Positions 11,570-23,954 of a DNA stretch of 64,000 bases are shown in pieces. The position numbers were made by a program, and so were the translations under genes. The stretch comes from Squalus acanthias (Eukaryota). The notes beneath the pieces were generated by a model. It searched no databases. It worked only from the letters and a program-made list of their open reading frames with translations, and had not been told where the DNA came from. Location: positions 1 to 64,000 of the forward strand of contig JASTWF010000355.1 in the NCBI GenBank assembly GCA_030390025.1. Direction: 5' to 3'. The first letter of the stretch is position 1. Each line of letters begins with the position of its first letter.

Positions 11570-13040
11570 TACATTCCATTGCCTGACTTTAAATTCCCTC
11601 AATATAGCCCTCAAACCAGGCCAGCGTCCTGGACTCAACTACTTCCAGCTGCTTCATCAGTGACCTTCGCTCCATCATAAGGTTAGAAGTGGGGCTGCTC
11701 GCTGATGGTTGCAGTTTGTTCGGCCCCATTCGCAATTCCTCCAATGATGAAGCAGTCCGTGCCTGCATGCACCAATACGTGGATAACATCCAGTTTTGGC
11801 CTGATATGTGGCAAATTATATTCGAACCAGACAAGTTTTTTTTTGAATTTGTTTTATGGGATCTGGGCGTCGCTGGCAAGGCCAGCATTTATTGCCCATC
11901 CCTAATTGCCCTTGAGAAGGTGGTGGTGAGCCGCCTTCTTGAACCGCTGCAGTCCGTGTGGTGATGGTATTTTGTTTCGTAGCGGTTAGTTAGAAAGAAG
12001 TGGCTTGCTAGGCCATTTCAGAGGGCAGTTAGATCAACCACATTGTTGTGGGTCTGGAGTCACACATAGGTCAGGACTAGATAAGGACGGCAGATTTCCT
12101 TCAAAAAAGACTTTAATGAACCAGATGGGTTTTTAACGACAATCCAATAGTTTCATGGTTACCATTACTGATACTAGCTTTTTATTCCTGATTTATTTAA
12201 GTCCCCAGCTGAGGTAGTCGGATTTGAACTCACGTCTCTGAAACATTAGTCCAAGACCTCTAGGATTACTAGCTCAGTGACTTTACCACTACGCTACCAT
12301 TCCCAGTGCTGGGCAATGACCATCTGCAACGAGAGATACCATAGCCATATGCCACGACAGACAATGACATTATCACCAAGTCCCCCACATCAAACAAAAA
12401 AGAACTGGACCAGCCACATACATCCCCCCTTGTCTACGGGAGCAGGTCAGAGGTTGGGTATTCTGTGGCGAGTGGCTCACCTTGTGACTCCCCAAATTCT
12501 CTCCCCCACCTACAACACACGTCAGGAGAGTGATGGAACACTTTCCATTTGTCTGGACAAGTGCAGTTGTAACAACACTGAAGATGGTTAACACCATCCA
12601 GGACAAAGCATTATGCTTGATCAGCACCCCATCCATTGGGTTAAACATTGATTCCTCCACCATTGGCTTACCGTGGTTGCAGATTACTGTCTACTGGATG
12701 CCCTCCAGTAACTCAGCAAGGCATCTTCGACCGCGCCTCCCATACCCACGACATCCACCCCCTAGAAGGACAACGGCACCAGGTGCGTGGGAACACCTTC
12801 GCTTCCAAGTTCTCCTTAAAGTCACATACAACCCTAACTTGGACATATATCACCACTCCTTCATTGTCGCTGGATCAAATCCTTGGAACTCGCTACCTAA
12901 CAGCACTGAGGGAGCATCTTCACCACATGGACTGCACCGATTCAAGAAGGTGGCCCACCATCATCTATTGAATGGCAACTTGGTGTGGGCAATAAATGAG
13001 GGCCTTGCCAGCGACACACACGTCCCGAAAATTATTTTTT
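11570..13040 (+). mobile_element. 5'-truncated LINE (RT C-terminus and 3' tail) interrupted by an antisense SINE
   Basis: FISDLRSIIRLEVGLLADGC is a decayed YADD-type RT motif. WNSLP is present, as is the tail ttcaagaaggtggcccacca...gggcaataaatg...ggccttgccagcgac. Confidence 0.8.
11835..12304 (-). mobile_element. tRNA-derived SINE with a LINE-derived tail and A-rich end
   Basis: Minus strand head TGGTAGCGTAGTGG...GAGTTCAAATCC and tail GGGCAATAAATGCTGGCCTTGCCAGCGACGCCCA...AAAAAAAAA. Confidence 0.85.
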
Positions 13041-13464
13041 TAATGTATTTCTAGTTGTGTTTTTGGTTTTGACCAGGACAATTTTCTGCTCTTCTTGCCT
13101 TCACAGAAAATGTCACAGCCGGTCAAAGATGTACTTCCCTCTGAAATCAGATAGCTGTATCATTCTCCTCTCACCCTCGGCTCACTCGGGGTGACCTCCT
13201 GCTCCCTGGCTTCAAACTATTGCTCAGGAAGACAATCCTCTGAGTCACTGTCTCCATCCACCTTACAGTCCCCATCTATTGACAGTTCCAGTACTCAGGG
13301 GCTCCCTCCACCTGTGACTTTGATGCCTCTCTGGATGGTCACTCACTTCCCTCTTTCCAATCAGCCCCTGTCCTGTTCTCTGTGTGAGCTGGAGGTTCTT
13401 GCATGAGATCTGGACCCTTTGTCAGGTCAGAAATTATATTCTAAATAATATTCTGTGTTCTTAC

Positions 13465-13528
13465 CTGTGACCATTATCATTCTTGTTGAAGATGTTGGAT
13501 CTTCTCCCCTGGTTGGACCTTCAGCCAT
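13465..13528 (-). CDS. NLR probable start-codon exon: MAEGPTRGEDPTSSTRMIMVT(D); whole exon 13465-13569
   Basis: Near-perfect Kozak context ACCGCCATGG. The donor ACAG|gtaaga is phase 1, matching the next exon. The acceptor taatttag| is at 13570, and the frame is also open upstream of the ATG. Confidence 0.75.
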
Positions 13529-13859
13529 GGCGGTGACAGGCGTTCCCAGATTATGATGCTCAGTAATAACTAAATTAATAGGAGGGTTAGATAGAAATAT
13601 TAAAATGAGAAGGACAGCGCTGCCTTGTTAAAGATGATTTCAAGCCCCTCCTTCCCCATCAGTACAACAGCTGTTAGCTCCGTGATCGAGCATTTCCCGA
13701 GTGTTACGATCAACTCTCCACATCAGGTGTGACACAGACAGCTGCCCAGTGAAATCCAGTGAGTCCCGCTGATCTCCACAACCAAGTTCCAGACGGGCTC
13801 CCGTCGGCCGAGACTCGCACATTGGTGAGATTTACTCACACAGTGCAGGCCAAAGCCAG

Positions 13860-14300
13860 CCTTATTCCTGAGGTAGAAAATATTCTGCAGGGAAATATGG
13901 AGCGAGTGATCATTGATGAATTCAATGATCCACCACTCGGTTTTACACAATGTGGCGCTATTGTATTTTTTATTCGCATATTTGTATTTATAAATTTTGA
14001 TTTGAGTTTTGATATTAAATTATGGTACTTTATGAATATGATTTCTATCCGTACAAAATATATAGCTGGGTGTGATCCCTCTCTTCTTATGGGCTGTGAC
14101 ACTGTCCGTGTGTTCATGGAGATGTGTCCTGGTTGGTGTTTCTGTTTGAATATATTGACCATATCTCTCATGGTGTCAGCACCTGACTGATGAGCACTGT
14201 AGGAGGTGAGGACATGTACTGCTGTTCAACTAATATTAACACCAATGTATAATGTTATGCATCCTGTAAATTTAAACAGTGAGGTGATGCATAGCATTGA
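13860..14300. repeat. Dispersed ~450-bp duplicated segment, copy 1 (copy 2 at ~48250-48692)
   Basis: Shared blocks such as ggaaatatggaNcgagtgatcattgatgaatt and gaccatatctctcatggtgtcagcacctga. Confidence 0.9.
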
Positions 14301-14634
14301 TTTGTGAAATATTTTCACAGGTTTTATCAATCTCAGGAATGGCCATGAATATACAAGTGGTAGATTTGCCTGCTGTTTTACAGTGAATATTCACCACTTG
14401 TGCGCATGTCTCGCTGTGTGTGGCCTCGCACGTGCGTCAAATCAAACTCTCAGTCAGCGTTCCTTCCATTCCCCACTGGGGAAATGTAAAGTGATTCAGT
14501 CTCGGATCAGAATTTTCTCCAAACGATACTTGAAGTTATTTTCCGGCATTAACTTACAACCAAGTTTGAGATCTTGTAAAATTCAGTTATCTGCTGTGTC
14601 ACTCACGCTGACACTGGTACAATAAACACACAGC

Positions 14635-15062
14635 AATAACAACTTGTCCATCGAAACACACCACAAGGTGCTTCACAGAAGCCAAGTACGACAAAAGATG
14701 GGCTCAGACTAAAGGGGGTAGAAGGAGGCGTGGACAGAATGTTGGTCACAGCAGTGAGTTTCGGAGGGTTCTAAAGGAGGAGGGAACTGGAGAGATTGAG
14801 GTGGGGAATTGATGAACATTGAGCCTGGGACAACCGAAGGCACAGCCGCCACAGACAGGGGGAGGAGAGGGTGAAATGTTACAAGAGGCCAGAGTTGCAG
14901 GAATGGAGAGATCTTGGTGGTGGGGGATTGTAGGGCTTGAGGAGCTTAGAGACAGGAAGGGATTTAAACAACGATGGAACTTGTAAATTGGAGACGCTCA
15001 GGAAACCGGGAGCCAATGTAGGTTCACAAGCACAGGGATGATGAGTGAGCAGGGTTTTTAAG
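14635..15062 (-). mobile_element. L2-type LINE 3' fragment
   Basis: Resembles vertebrate L2 3' ORF2/UTR (caaggtgcttcacag, gaaggcacagccgcca, gggagccaatgtagg). Confidence 0.55.
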
Positions 15063-15069
15063 CTAATTC

Positions 15070-18000
15070 TCACCCCACAGTCGCAGCTACACACACACCG
15101 GTAAGGCCCCGACGCCCCGCTGACCCGGCCACGACAACCCGCTGACCCAGCCCCACACACACACCCCACTGACCAAGACCCACACCCACACCGCACTGAC
15201 CCAGCCCCAAACTCCACTGACTCAGCCCCATACCCCACTGACCCAACCCCTCACCGCACTGACCCAGCCCCACACCCAACTGACCCAGCCCCACACCCAC
15301 ACCCCACTGGCCCAGCCCCAAACATCACTGACCCAGCCCCTCACCCCACAACCCAGCCCCACACCTCACTGACCCAGCCCCACACACACAACACACTTAC
15401 CCAGCCCTACACCCACACCGCACTGACCCAGCCCCACACCCACACCGCACTGACCCAGCCACACACCCACACCCCACTGACCCAGCCCCACACCCCACTG
15501 ACCCAGCCCCACACACACACCCCACTGAACAAGTCCCACACCCCACTGACCCAGCCCCACACACACACCCCACTGACCAAACCCACACCCACACCGCACT
15601 GACCCAGCCCACACCCACACCCCACTGACCAAGCCCCACGCCCCACTGACCCAGTCCCAAACACAGAGCCCACTGACCCAGAACCACACCCCACTGACCC
15701 AGCACCACACCCACACCGCACTGACCCAGTCCCACACCCACACCCTACTGACCCAGCCCCACACCCATAGCCCACTGACCCAGCCCCACACCCACCTGAC
15801 CCAGCCCCACACCCCACTGACCCAGTGCCACACCCACACCCCACTGACCCAGCCCCACACCCACCGCCCACTGACCCAGCACCACACCCACCTGACCCAG
15901 CCCCACACCCCACTGACCCAGCCCCACACCCACAGCCCACTGACCCAGCCCCACACTCACCTGACCCAGCCCCACACGCCACTGACCCAGTGCCACACGC
16001 AAACCCCACTGACCCAGCCCCACACCCACATCCCACTGACCCAGTCCCACACCCCACTGACCCAGCCCCACACCTACACCCCACTGACCCAGCCCCACAC
16101 CCCACACCTCACTGACCCAAGCCCACACCCCACTGAAACAGCTCTACACCCACACCCCACTGACACAGCCCCACACCTCACACCTCACTGACCCAGCCCC
16201 ACACCCCACTGACCCAGCCCCACACCTCACACCCCACTGACCCAGCCCCACACCTCACACCCCACTGACCCAGCCCCACACCCCACTGACCCAGCCCCAC
16301 ACCCCACACCCCACTGACCCAGCCCCACACCCACACGCCACTGACCCAGCCCCACACCAACCTGACCCAGACCAACACCCACACCCCACTGACCCAGCCC
16401 CACACCCAAACCCCACTGACCCAGCCACATACCTCACTGACCCAGCCCCTCACCCCACTGACCCAAGCCCACAACCCACTGACCCAGCGCCACACACCAC
16501 TGACCCAGCCTCACACCCCACCGACCAAGCCCCACACACACATCCCACTAACCCAGCCCCACACACAAACCCCACTGACCCAGTCCCACTTCCACACCCC
16601 ACTGAACCAGCCCCACACCCACACCCCACTGACCCAGCCCAACACACACACCACACTGACCCAACTCCACACCCCACTGACCCAGCCCCACACCTCACTG
16701 ACCCAGCCCCACACCTCACTGAACCAGCCCCTCACCCCACTGACCCAGCCCCACACCCCACTGACCAAGACCCATACACACACCCCACTTACACAGCCCC
16801 ACACACAAACACCACTGACCCATCCCCACACCCAACCCCACTGACCCTGTGCCACACCCACACCCCACTGACCCAGCCCAACACCCACCTGACCCAGCCC
16901 CACACACCAACAACCCACTGACCCAGTGCCACACCCACACCCAACTGACACAGCCCCACACCCACACCACACTGACCCAGCCCCACACCCCACTGACCCA
17001 GCCCCACACCCCACTGACCCAGCCCCGCACCCACACCCTACTGACCCAGCTCCACACGCACACCCCATTGACCCAGCCCCACACCGACACCTCACTGACC
17101 CAGCTCCACACCCGACTGACCCAGCCCCTCAAGCCCCTGACCCTGCGCCACACCCCACTGACCCAGCCCTTCTCCCACACCCCTCTAACCCAGCCCTACA
17201 CCCCACTGATCCAGCACTCGCACCCCACCGACCCAGCCCCACACCGACACACCACTGACCCAACCCCACACCTCACTGACACAGCCCCACACCCCACTGA
17301 CCCAGACCCATACCCCACTGACCCACCCCATACACACACCCCACTGACCCCGCCACACTCCCACACCCCACTGACCCAGCTCACACCCCACTGTCCCAGA
17401 ACCACACCCCACTGACCCAGCCCCACACCCAATGACCTCGACTCACACCCACACCCCACTGATCCAGCTCCACACACTCACCACACTGACCCAGCCCCAC
17501 ACCGACACACCACTGACCCAACCCCACACCTCACTGACACAGCCCCACACCCCACTGACCTAGACCCACACCCCACTGACCCAGCCCCATACCCCACTGA
17601 CCCACCCCATACACACACCCCACTGACCCTGCCCCACTACCACATCCCACTGACCCAGCTCACACCCCACTGACCCAGAACCACACCCCACTGACCCAGC
17701 CCCACACCCAATGACCTCGACTCACACCCACACCCCACTGATCCAGCTCCACACACTCACCCCACTGACCCAGCCGCACACCCACACCCCACTGACCAAG
17801 CCCCACACCCCACTGACCCAGCCCCACACTCACCCCACTGACCCAGCCCCACACAACACTGACCTGGACCCGCACACAAACCCCACTGACCCAGCCCCAC
17901 ACCCAGACCCCGCTGACCCAGCCCCACACCCAACCCCGCTGACCCAGCCCCACACCCACACCCCATTGACCAAGTGCCACACTCACACCCCACTGACCCA

Positions 18001-19415
18001 GCTCCAAACACACCCCACTGACCCAGCCCCACACACACACACCCCACTGACCCAGTCCCACACCCCACACGCCACTTACCCAGCCCCACACCAACACCCC
18101 ACTGACACAGCCCCACACCCCACTGAGCCAGCCCCACACACTCACCCCACTGACCCAGCCCCACACAACGACTGACCTGGACCCGCACACAAACCCCACT
18201 GACCCAGCCCCACACCCAGACCCCGCTGACCCAGCCCCACACCCAACCCCGCTGACCCAGCCCCACACCCACACCCCATTGACCAAGTGCCACACTCACA
18301 CCCCACTGACCCAGCTCCAAACACACCCCACTGACCCAGCCCCACACACACACACCCCACTGACCCAGTCCCACACCCCACACGCCACTTACCCAGCCCC
18401 ACACCAACACCCCACTGACACAGCCCCACACCCCACTGACCCAGCCCCACACACTCACCCCACTGACCCAGCCGCACACCCACACCCCACTGACCAAGCC
18501 TCACACCCACACCCCACTGACCCAGCCCCACACTCACCCCACTGACCCAGCCCCACACCACACTGACCTGGACCCGCACACAAACCCCACTGACCCAGCC
18601 CCACACCCAGACCCCGCTGACCCAGCCCCACACCCAACCCCGCTGACCCAGCCCCACACCCACACCCCATTGACCAAGTGCCACACTCACACCCCACTGA
18701 CCCAGCTCCAAACACACCCCACTGACCCAGCCCCACACACACACACCCCACTGACCCAGTCCCACACCCCACACCCCACTTACCCAGCCCCACACCAACA
18801 CCCCACTGACACAGCCCCACACCCCACTGACCCAGCCCTACACCCACATCCCACTGACCCAGCCTCACACCAACACCTCACTGACCCAGCCCCACACCCA
18901 CCCCCCACTGACCCAGCCCCAAACCCACATTGCACTGACCCAGCCACACACCCCACTGACCCAGCCCCACACCCACACCCCACTGACCCAGCCACACACC
19001 CCACTGACCCAGGTCCACACCCAGACCCCACTGACCCAGCCCCACACTCACACCCCGCTGACCCAGCCCCACACACAACTGACCCAGCCCCACACCCACA
19101 ACCCACTGACCCAGCCCCACACCCACACCCCACTGGACCAGCCCCACTCCCCACCTTCCCAGCTCACACCCACTGACCTCGACTCACACCCACACCCCAC
19201 TGAAACAGCCCCACACCCACTGACCTCGACTCACACCCGCACCCCACTGACCCAGCCCCACACCCCACTGACCCAGCTCACAGCCACTGACCTCGACTCA
19301 CACCCACACCCCAGTGACCCAGCCCCACACCCACTGACCTCGACTCACACCCACACCCCACTGACCCAGCCCCACACCCACTGACCTCGACTCACACCCA
19401 CACCACACTGACCCA
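15070..19415. repeat. C-rich minisatellite with 21-27 bp units (CCCCACTGACCCAGCCCCACA[CCCACA])
   Basis: Directly visible. Higher-order blocks recur at 17861, 18174 and 18565. Confidence 0.97.
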
Positions 19416-19559
19416 GTAACATAATCCAAATTAAATGTCTGCATTGCGAAGTTTGATGTGTAACAGGAAGTGAATGTGCCAAGTGACGCGGGCAGCAATA
19501 TGTGTGACGATTACAGAAAGTGTGCATTATAAATACGAAGCTAAATCTATTATTGACGA

Positions 19560-19930
19560 ATCTCCATTGTTTCGCTCATGCTTAGACTGATGAACTGGAA
19601 TGTGTTCTCACTGCATTGTTTGGAACAGGCGGGAATGGCTGGCGGACATGTGTTAATGGTCACTGCAGCGCCCCCAGTGCTGGGACGACTGAACAATATT
19701 CTCTGTTATAAAAGGAATTGAAACAGGCGTTATCAATGTTAAAAAAAGTTTTATTAATCCATGGCAACGGGAAACCTTATGAATTATATGTATCTATACC
19801 ACCTGCTGTGTTATAATGTTATTTTTCTGGTTTAGCAGAAACTGTATGAAAATATATTCCACGTATCCAGAAGATGTTGCTGCCGCTTGGCTGCCGAATG
19901 CACAGATAGGAATTTGCAGTGAATCAGGGA
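19560..19930. repeat. Dispersed duplicated segment, copy 1 (copy 2 at ~27685-28050)
   Basis: Shared gctcatNcttagacNgatgaactg, tcactgcaNcgcccccagtgctg and tccagaagatgt. Confidence 0.8.
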
Positions 19931-20082
19931 GATTTCTGGTAATTGGGGAGGGAAGGACTGAGAGTGTAGGGGGAACAGGTAATGCAAGGCTTACGTGAGA
20001 GTAATGATATAAATCAGTTAATATGCATATCTTGTGTTTTCGTGGGAGTTGGTTGAACTACTTCCTGCAATACAGCTGTAAT

Positions 20083-20361
20083 GGGGCTATATTTCTGCCA
20101 CCTCTCCCCACTCACAGCTTACCTGGATATCTTCCTGCCGCCTGGTGGTTAGAAGAAGTCCCTATTCCCGGAGCCCACCTGCAAAACCTCGAAAGCAGTG
20201 TCTGGAAATTGGGCCGCCATGCGTCAGCAGCGGTGACAACCCACGAATTTTTATAAAAATAATGGGATGGGCATGTTTAAGGCCTTCTCTGCGGCCGCGT
20301 GATTATGTGTACGTTCAAAGGGCGGTGTCCGTTCTGCGCACTTAAAGCAATTTCTACCCCC
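20083..20361. mobile_element. Putative MITE (Harbinger-like TIRs)
   Basis: Imperfect terminal inverted repeats ggggctatatt.../...aatttctacccc, with T/A-rich flanks. Confidence 0.4.
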
Positions 20362-20576
20362 TTAGCATTTTTGGCTAAAAAAATCTCGAAACATTATAGT
20401 ATAGGGATAGAGAACAGAAACCAGAATATGCCACAAGTGTAGCCGTTAAAAATTGTTTCACGTTTGTAACTATGTTATATATTTTTTGCAGGTCAGTGAG
20501 TGACTGGGCAGAATTTTGCAACAGTAGTTGAAATGTTCAGAGATGTTTTATTTGAAGTGAGTTTCATTCTACTAAG

Positions 20577-21016
20577 CTGATTTTTGATCAAAGCTTGGAG
20601 TATTGTCATTTAATAAATCTCCGGGAGAAGGAGTCTCTTCATTTGTACCGGTTCCTGGGGCCTGATCACCTTCCCCAGGAGCAGGGCCTTGAATCTGACT
20701 CTGTTCACTTGTACCGGTTCCTGGGGCCTGATCATCTTCCCCAGGAGCAGGGCCTTGAATCTGACTCTGTTCACTTGTACCGGATCCTGCGGCCTGATCA
20801 CCTTCCCCAGGAGCAGGGCCTTGAATCTGACTCTGTTCACTTGTACCGGAACCTGCGGCCTGATCACCTTCCCCAGGAGCAGGGCCTTGACTCTGACTCT
20901 CTTCATTTGTATCTGTCGCGCTCCTTTCATTGCTGCTGCCGAGTGTGGCCTGATTCTCGTAGCTCCTCGAACCTCGACTCCGCTTATTCAAGTCGTTGCT
21001 ACATCCACATGGTTTA
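20577..21016 (-). CDS. Candidate upstream NLR exon encoding ~4.5 copies of a 21-aa Q/G/P/S/E repeat (63-bp VNTR)
   Basis: Acceptor cacctgcag| at 21017 and a 440-bp open frame (KPCGCSNDLNKRSRG...[QGPAPGEGDQAAGSGTSEQSQI]n...SFDQKS). It ends at TCAG|cttagt, one base from a GT donor. Confidence 0.5.
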
Positions 21017-21019
21017 CTG

Positions 21020-23777
21020 CAGGTGGGTCAGGGTGAGTGTGGGACGTGCGAATGGGTCAGGGTGAGTGCCGGACGTGCGGGTGGATCAGGGGGTGAGAGC
21101 GGGACGTGCGGGTGGTTCAGTTGGTGATTGCGGGACATGCGGGTGGGTCAGGGGGTGAGTGCGGGACGTGCAGTTGCGTCAGGGGGTGAGTGCGGGACGT
21201 GCGGGTGGGTCAGTGTGAGTGCGGGATGTGCGGGTGGGTCAGAGGGTGAGTGCGGGACGTGCGGGTGCGTCAGGGGGTGAGTGCGGGATGTGCGGGTGGG
21301 TCAGGGGTTGAGTGCGGGACGTGCGGGTGGGTCAGGGGGTGGGTGCGGGACGTGCGGTTGGGTCAGGGGGTGAGTGCGGGACGTGCGGGTGGGTCAGGGT
21401 GAGTGCGGGATGTGCGGGTGGGTCAGGGGGTGAGTGCGGGACGTGCGGGTACGTCAGGGTGTGAGTGCGGGATGTGCGGGTGGGTCAGGGGTTGAGTGCG
21501 GGATGTGCGGGAGGGTCAGAGGGTGAGTGCGGGAAGTGCGGGTGGGTCAGGGTGAGTGTGGGTTGTGTGGGTGGGTCAGGGGATGAGTGCGGGACGTGCG
21601 GGTGGGTCAGGTGATGAGTGCGGGATGTGCGGGTGGTTCAGGGGATGAGTGTGGGACGTGCAGGTGGGTCAGGGTGAGTGGGCGACATGCGGATGGGTCA
21701 GGGGGTGAGTGTGGGATGTGCGGGTGAGTCAGGGTGAGTGCGGGAGGGTCAGGAGGTGAGTGCGGGACGTGCGGGTGGGTCAGGGGGTGAGTGAGGGTCG
21801 TGCGGGTGGGTCAGGGTGAGTGCGGGACGTGCGGATGGGTCAAGGGTTGAGTGTGGGATGTGCGGGTGAGTCAGGGTGAGTGTGGGTTGTGTGGGTGGGT
21901 CTGGGTGAGTGTGGGTTGTGTGGGTGGGTCAGTGAGTGAGTGCGGGACTTGCGGGTGGGTCAGGGGGTGAGTGCGGGACGTGCGGGTGGGTCAGGGTGAG
22001 TGCGGGATGTGCGGGTGGGTCAGGGGGTGAGTGCGGGACGTGCGGGTACGTCAGGGTGTGAGTGCGGGATGTGCGGGTGGGTCAGGGGTTGAGTGCGGGA
22101 TGTGCGGGAGGGTCAGAGGGTGAGTGCGGGAAGTGCGGGTGGGTCAGGGTGATTGTGGGTTGTGTGGGTGGGTCAGGGGATGAGTGCGGGACGTGCGGGT
22201 GGGTCAGGGGATGAGTGCGGGATGTGCGGGTGGTTCAGGGGATGAGTGCAGGACGTGCAGGTGGGTCAGGGTGAGTGGGCGACATGCGGATGGGTCAGGA
22301 GGTGAGTGTGGGATGTGCGGGTGAGTCAGGGTGAGTGCGGGAGGGTCAGGAGGTGAGTGCGGGACGTGCGGGTGGGTCAGGGGGTGAGTGAGGGTCGTCC
22401 GGGTGGGTCAGGGTGCGTGCGGGACGTGCGGATGGGTCAAGGGTTGAGTGTGGGATGTGCGGGTGAGTCAGGGTGAGTGTGGGTTGTGTGGGTGGGTCTG
22501 GGTGAGTGTGGGTTGTGTGGGTGGGTCAGTGGGTGAGTGCGGGACTTGCGGGTGGGTCAGTGGGTGAGTGCGGGACGTGCGGGTGGGTCTAGGTGAGTGC
22601 GGGACGTGCGGTGGGTCAGGGGGGGAGTGCGGGTCGAGCGGGTGGGTCAGGGTGAGTGTGGGTTGTGTGGGTGGGTCAGGGGGTGAGTGCAGGTGGATCA
22701 GGGTGAGTGCGGGACATGCGGGTGGGTCAGGGTGAGTGCGGGACTTGCGAATGGGTCAGGGTGAGTGCGGGACGTTCGAATGTGTCAGGGGGTGAGAGCG
22801 ATATGTGCGGGTGGGTCAGCGGTTGAGTGCGGGACGTGCGGGTGGGTCAGGGGGTGAGTGCGGGACGTGCGGGTAGATCAGGGGATGAGTGCAGGACGTG
22901 CGGCTGGGTCAGGGGGTGAGTGTGGGACGTGCGGGTGGGTCAGGGGGTGAGAGCGGGATGTGCGGGTGGGTCAGGGGTGAGTGCGGGACGTGCGGGTGGG
23001 TCAGGGGGTGAGTGTGGGATGTGCGGGTGGGTCAGGGGGTGAGTGCGGGATGTGCGGGTGGGTCAGGGTGAGTGCGGGACGTGCGGGTGTGTCAGGGGGT
23101 GAGTGCGGGATGTGCGGGTGGGTCAGGGGGTGCGTGCGGGACTTGCAGGTGGGTCAGGGTGAGTGCGGGACATGCGGGTGAGTCAGGGGGTGAGTGTGGG
23201 ACGTGCGGGTGGGACAGGGGGTGAGTCTGGGACGTGCGGGTGGGTCAGGGGGTGAGTGCGGGATGCACGAGTGGGTCAGGGGGTGAGTGCGCGACGTGCG
23301 CGTGGATCAGGGTGAGTGCGGGACGTGCGGGGTGGTCACGGTGACGTGGGACATGCGGGTGGGTTAGGGTGAGTGCGGGTGTGCGGGTGGGTCAGGGTGA
23401 GTGAGGGACGTGCGGGTGGGTCAGGGCGAGTGCGGGACGTGCGCGTGGATCAGGGCGAGTGCGGGATACGTGGGTGGCTCAGGGGTTGAGTGCGGGACGT
23501 GAGTGTGGACCAGGGCGAGTGCGGGACGCGCGGGTTTGGTCAGGGTGAGTGCGGGACGTGCGCCTGGATCAGGGTGAGTGCGGGATGTGCGGGTGGGTCA
23601 GGGAGAGTGCGGGATGTGCGCGTGGATCAGGGGGTGAGTGCGAGTTGCGCGGGTGGGTCAGGAGGTGAGTGCAGGACGTGCGGGTGGGTCAAGGCGAGTG
23701 CGGGACGTGCGCATGGATTAGGGTGAGTGCGGGATGTGCGGGTGGGTCAGGGAGAGTGCAGGACGTGCGGGTGGGTA
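21020..23777. repeat. G-rich, CpG-rich ~30-32 bp minisatellite (GTGCGGGACGTGCGGGTGGGTCAGGG[GG]TGA)
   Basis: Directly visible, with an internal ~597-bp duplication (21451 vs 22048). Confidence 0.97.
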
Positions 23778-23954
23778 AAATCAGACCTTGCCCCTACTTT
23801 TACAAGACATAAGAATTTCACGGGCATTTGTTGGGCAGTAGTTGGGCAAGTAGCCCAACGCTGCGCCAGCGAATGTCAATTTCCAGTGGATGCATACGAT
23901 CTGTGAGGTGGATTCTTGCAGATCGCAAGTTCCTGGTTTTCGTGCATGCACGGT

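Noticed and set aside
20640..20900. 21-aa repeat as a RHIM- or HET-s-like amyloid motif
   Set aside because: SQIQG does not match the (I/V)Q(I/V/L)G core, and the repeat is proline-rich, which disfavours cross-beta structure.
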